DNA of 64,000 nucleotides from Oscillospiraceae bacterium. GTDB taxonomy: Bacteria > Bacillota > Clostridia > Oscillospirales > Acutalibacteraceae. This document shows, one piece after another, positions 36,437-46,199 of this stretch. Each line of letters begins with the position of its first letter. Position 1 is the first letter of the stretch. Position numbers and translations under genes: made by a program. The DNA lies in contig SVOR01000004.1 of NCBI GenBank assembly GCA_015066295.1, forward strand, positions 558 through 64,557, read 5' to 3'. Under the pieces are notes generated by a model. It saw only the letters and a list, made by a program, of their open reading frames with translations, had not been told where the DNA came from and searched no databases.

Positions 36437-37225
36437 TTTACCGAGTTCAATTGTTCGTTTGTAGGATGCGGTGACGGTTTTATTAACCATACCGCTTAAA
36501 TCCTCATTTTCGAGCACCTTAACACCCTCTATTGTGCTGCCACCGGGGCTACAAACTGCATCGGTAAGTTGCTCGGCATCGCCGCCTTGCAGCAGCATTT
36601 CTGCCGCACCCTTTACGGTTTGTGCGGCATATTTTAATGCCTTATCATAAGGTAGTCCGTTTGACTCCCCGCCTTTTGCTAATGCATTTGCAAACATAAA
36701 GGCAAATGCAGGGCCGCAACCCGAAACAGCCGATGCCGCATCTATAAGGGCTTCGTCGATTTGGTCCCACTCACCTGCAAAGCTCATCGCATTTACAAGA
36801 GCATCGGCATTAGTTTTATGGACGAATTTATTTAAGGTGTATAAAATCATACCCTCGCCCACCGATACGGGCAAATTGGGCATAATTCTTATAATGGGGG
36901 CATCGAAGCCCAAAAGCGCCGCTATTTTCTCGGTGGTAACACCTGCCGCCATTGAAACGAGGGTGAAGTCTTTGCCGCCGAGCGCAGGCGAAATTTCGGC
37001 TAAAACCTGAGGCAAAACCTGAGGCTTAACCCCTAAAAATATATAATCTGCCGTTTTGCAAATTTCAATATTTGTGCTAACCGTTGCCGATATTTCATCA
37101 GCTAAGGCTACCGCCTTTCGCTCATCATTATCGGCAAGCAATATTTTATTTTCGTTACATTTAGCCGCCGCACGAGCGAGTGCGCCGCCCATATTACCTG
37201 CACCTATAAAACCTATTATAGCCAT
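36434..37225 (-). CDS. proC: pyrroline-5-carboxylate reductase
   Basis: IGFIGAGNMGGALA Rossmann motif; SPGGSTIEG C-terminal motif. Confidence 0.9.
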   Translation of the reverse strand: MAIIGFIGAGNMGGALARAAAKCNENKILLADNDERKAVALADEISATVSTNIEICKTADYIFLGVKPQVLPQVLAEISPALGGKDFTLVSMAAGVTTEKIAALLGFDAPIIRIMPNLPVSVGEGMILYTLNKFVHKTNADALVNAMSFAGEWDQIDEALIDAASAVSGCGPAFAFMFANALAKGGESNGLPYDKALKYAAQTVKGAAEMLLQGGDAEQLTDAVCSPGGSTIEGVKVLENEDLSGMVNKTVTASYKRTIELGK

Positions 37226-37234
37226 ATTTTTCTC

Positions 37235-38488
37235 CTACCTTACCTGTCCTGTACCCGTTATTACGTACTTGTAGGTATTTAATTCTCTGAGTCCCATAGG
37301 ACCGCGTGCGTGAAGCTTTTGGGTTGAAATGCCCATTTCACATCCGAGTCCAAACTCACCGCCGTCGGTAAATCTGGTTGAAGCATTTACATATACCGCC
37401 GCCGAATCTACCGCCGCTATAAATTTCTTAGCGGTAGCCTCGTTATCGGTTATAATCGCCTCGCTATGTCCCGTTGAATGAAGTGAAATGTGCTCGACAG
37501 CTTCATCGACACCATCCACTATCTTAACCGCTAAAATATAATCTAAAAACTCGGTATCAAAATCGCTTTCATTTGCTTTAACGCCGTCGATAAGCTTTGC
37601 CGCACCGCCATCAAGGCGTAATTCAACCGCGTGTGCAGCATTTTGTTTTTTGTCATCAACCAAGCGTTTTTTAAGCCTTGGCAAAAATTCTTCGGCAATT
37701 TTTGTGTCAACTAGGCAGACCTCCGCCGCATTGCAGACCGAGGGGCGACTTGTTTTCGCGTTGTCGATAATATTAAGCGCCATATCCAAATTGGCATCCT
37801 TATCAACGTAGATATGACAAATACCCGTACCCGTCTGTATGCAGGGCACCTTGGCACCCTCAACACAGGCATTTATGAGTCCGGCTCCTCCGCGTGGGAT
37901 AAGCAGGTCAACAAGACCCGTCGCCGTCATAATTTCTTTAGCGCTCTCGCGTGTGGTATCCTCAATTAAATTAACGAAATCCTCTTGTAAACCGCAGGCT
38001 TTAAGACCTTCTCGCATAGCATTAACTATTGCCTTGTTGGAATTAAAGGACTCCTTACCGCCGCGCAAGACACAAACGTTGCCGCTCTTTAAGGATAGCG
38101 CCGCCGCATCCGAGGTCACGTTGGGTCGGCTTTCATAAATAATAGCCACAACACCAATGGGGGCTGAAACCTTTTTGATGGTAAGCCCGCCGCGCTCGTA
38201 TTCGGTTAAGGTTTCACCGACGCAGTCGGGTAATGCCGCAACCTCGCGTATGCCGTCTGCCATACCCTTTATGCGTGCAGCATTAAGGCTTAATCGGTCG
38301 AGCATAACCTCGCTGACACTGTCACGCGCCTTATCGATATCGATTTTATTGGCCGAAAGAATAGCATCGGCATCATCCTCGAGCGCCTTTGCCATAGAAA
38401 AAAGTGCATTGTTTTTTGTGGCGGTATCAAGCAGTAAAGCATTTTTCACCGCCGCCTTGGCACCCTTTAATATTTCATAAGTAGTCAT
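37235..38488 (-). CDS. proA: glutamate-5-semialdehyde dehydrogenase
   Basis: ALDH-fold; IYESRPNVT, CNAAE (catalytic Cys), HSTGHSEAI, NASTRFTDG. Confidence 0.9.
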   Translation of the reverse strand: MTTYEILKGAKAAVKNALLLDTATKNNALFSMAKALEDDADAILSANKIDIDKARDSVSEVMLDRLSLNAARIKGMADGIREVAALPDCVGETLTEYERGGLTIKKVSAPIGVVAIIYESRPNVTSDAAALSLKSGNVCVLRGGKESFNSNKAIVNAMREGLKACGLQEDFVNLIEDTTRESAKEIMTATGLVDLLIPRGGAGLINACVEGAKVPCIQTGTGICHIYVDKDANLDMALNIIDNAKTSRPSVCNAAEVCLVDTKIAEEFLPRLKKRLVDDKKQNAAHAVELRLDGGAAKLIDGVKANESDFDTEFLDYILAVKIVDGVDEAVEHISLHSTGHSEAIITDNEATAKKFIAAVDSAAVYVNASTRFTDGGEFGLGCEMGISTQKLHARGPMGLRELNTYKYVITGTGQVR

Positions 38489-39255
38489 TACTTTTTTCCT
38501 ATAAAACGGCTTCCAACCGCTTTCCCTTCAATTATATCATATAAAATGGCGGGGTTTGCACCATTGGTTATTATCATATCTCGTCCGTCGTCCATACAGA
38601 TTTTGGCCGCCTGCAATTTAGTAACCATACCGCCTGTACCATTCTCGCTACCCTTGCCGCCTGCAAGTGCAATAATATCATCACTTAGCGTGTCGATTTC
38701 CCGAATGAGCTCCGCATCCTTGCACCTATGGGGGTCGGCGGTATAAAGACCGTCGATATCCGAAAGCAGAACGAGTAGCTCGGCATCGGCGCAGGTTGTA
38801 ACTATCGCCGCCAAGGTATCGTTGTCGCCTATACCGATTTCCTCGGTAGCAACGGTATCGTTTTCGTTTATTATCGGGATAACGTCCATTTCGAGCAAGC
38901 GGTTTATGGTGTTTTTAAAGTTTATATGCATCTGCTCGTTATGAACAACGTAGTTGGTTATAAGCAGCTGTGCAACAACGTGATTATACTCGGAGAAAAG
39001 CTTATCGTATATGTACATAAGCTCACATTGGCCGACCGCCGCGGCAGCCTGACGAGTTGGTATATCCTCGGGACGCTTTTTAAGCGATAACTTGCCAATA
39101 CCCATACCGATAGCACCGCTTGATACAACTATAATTTCGTGTCCTTCATTTTTAAGGTCGCTAAGCACCTTGCAAAACTCTTCCATGTGGCGAATATTCA
39201 GCCTACCCGACGCGTGCGTCAAGGTAGACGTGCCGACCTTAATAACAATTCTCAT
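38488..39255 (-). CDS. proB: glutamate 5-kinase (short form, no PUA domain)
   Basis: IVIKVGTSTLT, VSSGAIG, INENDTVA, GTGGMVTKL; stop overlaps the proA start (TAATG). Confidence 0.9.
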   Translation of the reverse strand: MRIVIKVGTSTLTHASGRLNIRHMEEFCKVLSDLKNEGHEIIVVSSGAIGMGIGKLSLKKRPEDIPTRQAAAAVGQCELMYIYDKLFSEYNHVVAQLLITNYVVHNEQMHINFKNTINRLLEMDVIPIINENDTVATEEIGIGDNDTLAAIVTTCADAELLVLLSDIDGLYTADPHRCKDAELIREIDTLSDDIIALAGGKGSENGTGGMVTKLQAAKICMDDGRDMIITNGANPAILYDIIEGKAVGSRFIGKK

Positions 39256-39342
39256 AACATTATCCCCAATTTAAAAATCTTTATTTTAAGTATAGCATAA
39301 ATTACGCTTTTTTCAAGAAAAATTAACATTTATAATAACTTT

Positions 39343-40167
39343 CTATTTTTCGCTTTTTCTATATTGCGTCGGCGATAACCCAACCTGCTTTTTAAAAATA
39401 CGCGCAAAATAGTTTTGGTCTTGAAATCCGCTTGACTCTGCAATATCGGCAACGGTCTTACCGGTAAAATCGAGAAGCTCCTTTGCTCTTTCAATACGTA
39501 TTTTAAGAATAAACTGAATCGGTGTAGCTCCGACAGTTTTCTTAAAAACACGTGTAAAGTGCGCCTTGCTCATATTACAAAATTCGGCACACTCAGATAC
39601 GCTAAAATCGAGGTTTGGCACAATTTTAATTCGGCTGATAAGCTCGCTTATCTTTCCACCCTCACTGCCATCCAAACTGTTTCCCGAGCGATGCGCCTCG
39701 TTGCTAATAAAGGCTAAAACGCTGAACATAAGCCCCGAGCATATCATTTCACGATTGGGAATTCCAAGATTATAATATCGGCAAATTCTCGAAATCAGTC
39801 TTTCAACGTCGTGGTTCTGCTGTGTATTAACAACCAAAACGTCATTTAACATTAGGTCATTAAAAACCCTTTCACAGATACTGCCGTTAAAATGTATCCA
39901 ATACGTTCTTGAATTTACGTGCTTTGGCAGCAGATAATCCTGAGTATCACCCGGTTTATATAATATACAATCGCCCGCATAGGCAACCCTAACGTTATTT
40001 CCTGCTGTAACTACACACTGTCCTTCACAAACGTAAATCAGCTGATAGTCATTTCTGCCCTCGGGGCGGCGGATATGGGAATCCTCATCAACGCGCATTT
40101 CGCCGCAGCTGTTAATGTTTATCAGATGGTCGGATTTACTCTTTTTAATATCACTTGAATAAGCCAA
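39343..40167 (-). CDS. AraC-family transcriptional regulator (cupin + HTH)
   Basis: C-terminal double HTH (HFTRVFKKTVGATPIQF, YFARIFKKQVGLSPTQYR); divergent from the GH2 gene. Confidence 0.85.
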   Translation of the reverse strand: MAYSSDIKKSKSDHLININSCGEMRVDEDSHIRRPEGRNDYQLIYVCEGQCVVTAGNNVRVAYAGDCILYKPGDTQDYLLPKHVNSRTYWIHFNGSICERVFNDLMLNDVLVVNTQQNHDVERLISRICRYYNLGIPNREMICSGLMFSVLAFISNEAHRSGNSLDGSEGGKISELISRIKIVPNLDFSVSECAEFCNMSKAHFTRVFKKTVGATPIQFILKIRIERAKELLDFTGKTVADIAESSGFQDQNYFARIFKKQVGLSPTQYRKSEK

Positions 40168-40286
40168 AATATCACCTCAAATGATTGTTTTGTGCTAATA
40201 TATAGCAGATTTCTCAGTATCTATTGTTACTATTATGCTATATAATACCATATATAAAGCAAAATTACAAGCAAAGGAGATATATT

Positions 40287-42617
40287 ATGCGTCGCGAAAT
40301 TCTTTTTAATGATGATTGGAGATTTCACAAGGGTGATATAGTTGTAAATCGACCCATTGACAAGGGGCCCGTTTACAGTCAATGTAAGGTTGACCGTAAA
40401 AAAATAGGTCCTGCGGCATACAGTTACCACGATTTGCCTGACGATTATCGTGATGGATACGAAATTAAGAGTGAGGGTTGGGAATTTTGTGAGCTTCCGC
40501 ACGATTATATAATTAAACAGGATAACGATAAAACACAAAATAATGCTCACGGTTATTTTAAATACGATAACGCTTGGTACAGAAAGCATTTTACCCTGCC
40601 CGAAGACTGCGAAAACAAGCGCATACTACTGCGTTTTGACGGTGTTACGGGCAACTCTACCTTTTACCTGAACGGTTGCCTTATGTACCATAATTTCTCG
40701 GCTTACAACACCTTTGAAATTGATATAACCGATGTGGTTTTCTTTGATAAAGAAAACGTACTTGCCGTATATTTAAACGTTGAAGAATTCGAGGGTTGGT
40801 GGTATCAAGGCGGAGGTATTTACCGCGACGTGCATCTTGTAATTACCGAGCCCGTTGCCATTGACCTATGGGGTGTATATGCGCCCACACAAAAAATAAG
40901 TGACAAACTATGGCGTGTTGACCTTGAAACAACCGTAGTCAACACCGAATATAACGATGTCAGTGTTTCGGCTGAAACCGAAATTTTTGACTCTGACGGC
41001 AACTGTGTAGCGGTAGCTGACGGTAGTGGCGAAATTTCAAGCCGCGAAAAACGTATACTACGTTACAGTTGTGACATCACATCCCCTCTTTTATGGGATT
41101 GTGAAAACCCCAATTTATACACCGTAAAAACGGTGCTTAAAATGGGTGAGAAAAACATTGATGAAAACACCACGCGTATCGGCTTTAGAACGGTTGAGCT
41201 TGATACCGAAAAGGGCCTTTTATTAAACGGCAAAAAGACTATTATTAAAGGTGTTTGCGCACACCAAGACTTTGGACTTACAGGTATTGCGGTGCCCGAT
41301 AACATCATTAAATATAAGATGCAGCTTATAAAGGATATGGGTGCTAACGGCTACCGTACAAGCCACTATCAACAGACTGCTGCTTACCTTGACGCTTGTG
41401 ATGAATTAGGACTGCTTGTTATGGATGAGGCGCGTTGGTTTGAAAGCACAAAGGAAGCCTTCCAGCAATTAGAGTCGTTATTACTCAGAGACCGCAACCG
41501 CCCGAGTGTTATTTTCTGGTCGACGGGTAATGAAGAACCTTTTTATGCTACCGAAAATGGCAGACGCCTACACAAAGCAATTTATGCGCATATAAGAAAA
41601 TTTGATAAAAATCGCATCATCACTGCCGCAGTATCACACCACCCTGACAAATGCCAAATTTACGCCGACTGCGACCTTATCGGTATAAACTACAACTTAG
41701 AACTTTACGATGGTGTGCACGAAGCATACCCCGAAAAATTGATTGTTGCATCTGAGTGTTGCGCTACGGGTACAACAAGAGATTGGAACTTCCCCACCGA
41801 GTTAGACGGTCGACGTCAAGACTACGACGTTATTGTAAACAGTTGGTTCCAGGCAAGAGAAAAGACCTGGAAATTTTTAATGTCGAAGCCCTACGTAATA
41901 GGCGGCTATCAATGGGCAGCGGTTGAGCATCGTGGCGAAGCAATGTGGCCCGCCGTATGCTCAAAATCGGGTGCATTGGATTTATTCTTGCAGCGTAAAG
42001 GCGCATTCTATCAAAACAAATCTCATTGGACCGACGAACCTATGGTGCATATTGTTCCCCATTGGAATTTTAAGGGCTTAGAGGGCAAGGAAATACCAGT
42101 TACCGTATACACAAACTGTGATGAGCTTGAATTGTTTTTAAATGGTGAAAGCCAAGGCAAAAAAACAATAGAAAGATACGGACGCGGCGAGTGGAAGGTT
42201 GTTTACACCCCCGGTAAATTAGAGGTAAAGGGTTACCGTGACGGCAAGCTGTGTGCTACCGATACACGCATTACTACGGGACGCCCCGAAACGTTGCGAC
42301 TCACAATGGATAACACCTGTGTCGCCAACGGACAAGATATTGCACTATTCACCTGTGAATGTTTGGATATCGACGGCAACGTAGTACCCGATGCGGCAGA
42401 ATTTGTTAAATTCAGCGTAAATGAGCCCGCAAAAATTATCGGCACCGGTTCAGACCACTGCGATCACAATAACGTAACGTTGCCTGAAAGAAAAATGTAT
42501 ATGGGCAAAATACGTATCGCTGTAAAACCAAACAAAAATCAAACCGATTTATGTCTTACCGCCATGAGCGATAACTGCGGATATACATTTTTAAAAGTAA
42601 AATTACCAACTGAATAG
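40287..42617 (+). CDS. glycoside hydrolase family 2 (beta-galactosidase/beta-glucuronidase-like)
   Basis: ORF 40224-42617; ATG 40287 follows AAGGAG; FNDDWRFHKGD, NAWYRKHF, GGIYRDV, WSTGNEEP motifs. Confidence 0.8.
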   Translation: MRREILFNDDWRFHKGDIVVNRPIDKGPVYSQCKVDRKKIGPAAYSYHDLPDDYRDGYEIKSEGWEFCELPHDYIIKQDNDKTQNNAHGYFKYDNAWYRKHFTLPEDCENKRILLRFDGVTGNSTFYLNGCLMYHNFSAYNTFEIDITDVVFFDKENVLAVYLNVEEFEGWWYQGGGIYRDVHLVITEPVAIDLWGVYAPTQKISDKLWRVDLETTVVNTEYNDVSVSAETEIFDSDGNCVAVADGSGEISSREKRILRYSCDITSPLLWDCENPNLYTVKTVLKMGEKNIDENTTRIGFRTVELDTEKGLLLNGKKTIIKGVCAHQDFGLTGIAVPDNIIKYKMQLIKDMGANGYRTSHYQQTAAYLDACDELGLLVMDEARWFESTKEAFQQLESLLLRDRNRPSVIFWSTGNEEPFYATENGRRLHKAIYAHIRKFDKNRIITAAVSHHPDKCQIYADCDLIGINYNLELYDGVHEAYPEKLIVASECCATGTTRDWNFPTELDGRRQDYDVIVNSWFQAREKTWKFLMSKPYVIGGYQWAAVEHRGEAMWPAVCSKSGALDLFLQRKGAFYQNKSHWTDEPMVHIVPHWNFKGLEGKEIPVTVYTNCDELELFLNGESQGKKTIERYGRGEWKVVYTPGKLEVKGYRDGKLCATDTRITTGRPETLRLTMDNTCVANGQDIALFTCECLDIDGNVVPDAAEFVKFSVNEPAKIIGTGSDHCDHNNVTLPERKMYMGKIRIAVKPNKNQTDLCLTAMSDNCGYTFLKVKLPTE

Positions 42618-42633
42618 GCTGTAATAGCAATAT

Positions 42634-42668
42634 AAAAAGGGCAATCAAGGAAGCTTGATTGCCCTTAA
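42634..42668. terminator. bidirectional terminator
   Basis: 12-bp stem AGGGCAATCAAG / CTTGATTGCCCT. Confidence 0.8.
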
Positions 42669-42678
42669 ATTATATTTT

Positions 42679-42921
42679 CTACTTTTGGCTTTCCTTTAAG
42701 GATTTGAAAAACAAATCGGCCTTTCTCGCCTTTTCGGTAAAGGAGTTATTATACCACCAAGAGCATACAATGGCGGCAACCTCTACGGCGGCTTCAACAA
42801 ATGCCGCTACCGAATTTTCATCGATATTTATAACCGAAATGCCGAATGATTTTAAAATTAAATTAACAACCACCAAAGCGGTCATAATTGTGCGGACAAT
42901 CGTCCATTTTGAAATTTTCAT
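42679..42921 (-). CDS. phage holin (SPP1/phiLC3-like, two TM)
   Basis: 80 aa; two TM segments and a CSWWYNNSFTEKARKA motif typical of this holin family; GAGAAAGGA RBS. Confidence 0.6.
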   Translation of the reverse strand: MKISKWTIVRTIMTALVVVNLILKSFGISVINIDENSVAAFVEAAVEVAAIVCSWWYNNSFTEKARKADLFFKSLKESQK

Positions 42922-43144
42922 ATATATTTCCTTTCTCTTCCATGGTCAGCACCTTTTCTTGTACCGACCTTATTTTTTCCTCGATTACGGGTATCCGCAA
43001 CGCAAAATTATTGTGCTTATCCACCTTCTTTTCAAGCTGTTCAAGTCTGTAATTTGTTAGCTTGCTTGAAGTAATAATTCCGCCGAAGGTACCCATCATC
43101 GTGCCTATTAGTGCTAATAGGGCAGAAATTATTCCTTCGTTCAT
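42863..43144 (-). CDS. XhlA-like membrane/coiled-coil lysis accessory protein
   Basis: 93 aa; N-terminal TM then coiled coil; directly upstream of the holin and overlapping its start by 59 nt. Confidence 0.35.
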   Translation of the reverse strand: MNEGIISALLALIGTMMGTFGGIITSSKLTNYRLEQLEKKVDKHNNFALRIPVIEEKIRSVQEKVLTMEEKGNIYENFKMDDCPHNYDRFGGC

Positions 43145-43150
43145 TTTTTA

Positions 43151-44311
43151 CTACCTCATAATATTTTCAAGTTGCTTTCTATTGAGTTCGTTATCCGAAA
43201 AAAGTGACGTGTACGAAAAAAAGGCGTAGCCGTCAAGCTTGTTTTCCTTAATAAGTTTTATTTGGCGGGCTATTATATCATCATAATTATTCCATTCGTC
43301 ACGGTCGGCCTCTGTATTAGTGCCTATTTTATAGGGTGCCAGCCCACAGTATAATTGAGCGTCCTTGTTGGCGGTTAAATCCATCCACTTAACAATAAGA
43401 TTATCAAATTTGAATTGCTCGACGGGATATTCAAAGCCGAAATATAACTGCGGCATAATATAGTCAACGTAGCCGCCGCCAAGCCACCCCTCTATATCGG
43501 CGTAAAGCGTATTATAGTTGCGGTCCAAATCGGCGGCAGGGCTTACACCAAACTTAATATTTTGCTCCTTTGCCTTAACGGTGCAATAAATAGAATTTAT
43601 TAAACTGTTAACGTTTTTTCTGCGCCACTCCTCAAGGGTGAGCGGTTGCTCACAACTGCCACTATATGCCTCGTAGCTGACTTTGTCGAACGAGGCATTC
43701 GTGGTTGGATAGAAGTAATCATCGATATGAATACCGTCTACGTCGTAAGTATCTATTATTTCACGCACCCCGTCGAGAACGAGCCTTTTGCAGTCGCTCT
43801 CGGCAGGGTTAAGATATATGCCGCTATCGGTTATGCAAATATTCTTATCGTTATCGGGATTTTCATCACTAAGCCACCGCTTAGCGGGGCTATTATCGGG
43901 CAGTGTATTTATATCGTTACTCGCTGTAGAAATGCGATACGGGTTTATCCAAGCGTGAAACTCCATATCGTTTTGATGGCAAATTTCAACCATACTATAA
44001 AGCAAATCGGTATCGCTTTTTTCAATATATGAAGCAAAGGGGAATTTTTCGCTTGGATAAACCGCATCGCAAAATGCGCGAGTATGTACAAAAAACGTGT
44101 TAATACCTATCTCCTTTGAACGCTGCACCGCTTCGCTGAAAGCGGCAACAAAGCCTTTTTCTGATTTTGAAAAGGAGGACAACTCACTGTAGGTTATCCA
44201 AATTCCTACCATATTTCCGCTTTCCTTTGGTGCTTTAGTAACCTCTTTTTGAGGTTTGCATCCAACAAGAAAAACACAAAAAATTAAAAGCATTGCCGCC
44301 ACTTTTTTCAT
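43151..44311 (-). CDS. lipoprotein with glycoside-hydrolase-like GHL10 (YngK-type) domain
   Basis: Lipobox LVGC; GIWITYSE, NTFFVHTRAF, EFHAWINPYRI, DGIHIDDYFYP motifs. Confidence 0.55.
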   Translation of the reverse strand: MKKVAAMLLIFCVFLVGCKPQKEVTKAPKESGNMVGIWITYSELSSFSKSEKGFVAAFSEAVQRSKEIGINTFFVHTRAFCDAVYPSEKFPFASYIEKSDTDLLYSMVEICHQNDMEFHAWINPYRISTASNDINTLPDNSPAKRWLSDENPDNDKNICITDSGIYLNPAESDCKRLVLDGVREIIDTYDVDGIHIDDYFYPTTNASFDKVSYEAYSGSCEQPLTLEEWRRKNVNSLINSIYCTVKAKEQNIKFGVSPAADLDRNYNTLYADIEGWLGGGYVDYIMPQLYFGFEYPVEQFKFDNLIVKWMDLTANKDAQLYCGLAPYKIGTNTEADRDEWNNYDDIIARQIKLIKENKLDGYAFFSYTSLFSDNELNRKQLENIMR

Positions 44312-44320
44312 AAAATCACC

Positions 44321-45496
44321 CTATTTTATTTTTGATAATTTATTTATATAAAAGACGATGCCATCAAAACGAGCCTCTCCTAAAAAGGAAATATTCATTC
44401 TAAGCTCAGGCGTGCGTATTAACGGTAACATTCTATATGCGCGCGACTCGTTTTTGCCGTTATATTCTATATTTATTACCGCCGTCTTTAATATATCACC
44501 ATCGACCGATTCGTAAGATACCTGAACGTCCTCTCGCGCAAAAAACCTTAAATAAACATCGGTGAAAAGCTTGTTGATTTCGGGTGTATCACCGTCTAAA
44601 AGCACCGTTTCGATTTTGCCCGTTATAGGCGCTTTGTTTGGCATAAACTCATTATTTCCGGCAATAAAGAAGGTATCGTTGCTTGATGCGTCAAGTCTTG
44701 CTAAGTAGTGGCAGCTTGTCGTGCGTGCATCGGCTCGGCATATTAGCGCAAGCCCTTCACCCGACGAAAAGGCAGCGACAACCTTTACGGATTGCGGCAG
44801 CTCCCACACATACCAAGAGGCCGTATTTACAAAGGCATTTGCACTTTGCTTAATTGCCTTGCGGTAGTCCATAACGTATGCGCGATTTTCGGCGAAGATG
44901 ATGTATTTATCGTTATCGGTACAAGCGCAAGCCATCGCATTTTCTATTGCCGAGTCGCCTGCTAAAATATCGGCAATATTATTAGAAAGCTTGTAAACCG
45001 AAGCCGCGCTATATTGACTGAGGGACGACAGCATATACACCTGTCCCCCACGGTTAGTCCATACAAGTCGGTTATCACAAAGCGCCACCGTCTCCGGTAA
45101 ATCGCAGCCTATACTTGTGTGTATATTTGTTATGGCAAAATTTCCCGAGGTATAGTAGGCCGAATAAATTTCCTTTTCTTTAAACATAATAATCGACTTG
45201 TTCTGGCGTGCGAGCGCCGTAACCCTTTGCGATGGGTCGCCGATAAAGAACTGATTACTCTCGGGAAAATATAGTGGCTCATCCTTTTCGCTTATACACA
45301 CGAGTGACGGATAATCTCGGTTGCCCGTCACGCAAAGGCGCGAGCCTGAGTTGCCTGTTCCATACCAAAGCGCCGTCTGCATACCTGCGATTTTCTTATC
45401 GCTTTCGGCATTGTTTATTCTGAGAGTTATTTTAAGATTATTGGTAAGACCCTCCGATTTTGGCGGAATATATCCGTTGGGGGTACTCATAAACAA
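44321..45496 (-). CDS. phage-related structural protein, unknown role (beta-rich); TTG/ATG start ambiguous
   Basis: 391 aa; no family recognised; its frame stays open to within a few codons of the upstream portal-like ORF. Confidence 0.3.
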   Translation of the reverse strand: MFMSTPNGYIPPKSEGLTNNLKITLRINNAESDKKIAGMQTALWYGTGNSGSRLCVTGNRDYPSLVCISEKDEPLYFPESNQFFIGDPSQRVTALARQNKSIIMFKEKEIYSAYYTSGNFAITNIHTSIGCDLPETVALCDNRLVWTNRGGQVYMLSSLSQYSAASVYKLSNNIADILAGDSAIENAMACACTDNDKYIIFAENRAYVMDYRKAIKQSANAFVNTASWYVWELPQSVKVVAAFSSGEGLALICRADARTTSCHYLARLDASSNDTFFIAGNNEFMPNKAPITGKIETVLLDGDTPEINKLFTDVYLRFFAREDVQVSYESVDGDILKTAVINIEYNGKNESRAYRMLPLIRTPELRMNISFLGEARFDGIVFYINKLSKIK

Positions 45497-45507
45497 AATA
45501 TTGCCGC

Positions 45508-46146
45508 TTAAAGGATTAAGGGTTGCAAAAACCGAATATCACTAATATACGGGTCGCCAAAATACACGTTTTCGATGCTTAGCGTCTCACATTCTATGTC
45601 ACCCTTAATGGCGGTGGTGTGGTAGTCATCGGCATAAAGCCCTGTTGATACTAAGGGATTCCAATAGGTATACACAACCGCGGTGCCGCTGATATAGGCA
45701 TCCCTTAGCGCCTGCTCGGCAACCCCGTCAAAGCCGACACGCTCGGCAGTAACCTTTTGATAATCGTTAAGCGCCGACATCATAAGTGAAATCTCATTGT
45801 CATCTCGCTTGCCCGTAAAGCTAACGGGATTTTCGGACAACTCCTTGCGCTTTTGCTTGACGCTTTTACGCATATTAAGTGTGTTGGGAACACCGTCGGC
45901 AGAATAGTTTATCTCAATTTTATTAGAAAGAATTGCCGACATTTTGTAGTCGCCTATTCTTTTGATGATGTTGTGGCGCACAAGAGGTCGGTCATTGCCG
46001 CATTTTGAACCATACCATTGGTCGCCAACGAAAAAGCGCTCGTTGACGCGGCTCTGCTCGTATAAGCCCTTGGCACCGATTGATGATTTAAAGGCCACCC
46101 CTTTTTTATATTCCTCAAAAATCTGCTCGGGACTAAAGTTCATCAA
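45508..46146 (-). pseudogene. portal-protein-like N-terminal fragment (truncated)
   Basis: NERFFVGDQWYG....DRPLVRHNIIKRIGDYKMS...IEINY and NVYFGDPY resemble portal N-terminal motifs; only 212 aa, whereas a full-length portal would be expected to be much longer. Confidence 0.35.
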
Positions 46147-46199
46147 TTTTACCTCCTTAGTAATAAAGCTGACGAGGTTTTCCCGTCAGCTTTTAAGTT

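Noticed and set aside
42659-43060. 133-aa plus-strand ORF across the holin/XhlA region
   Set aside because: It is antisense to two co-oriented phage lysis genes with good RBS and family features, and it begins within the GH2 terminator.
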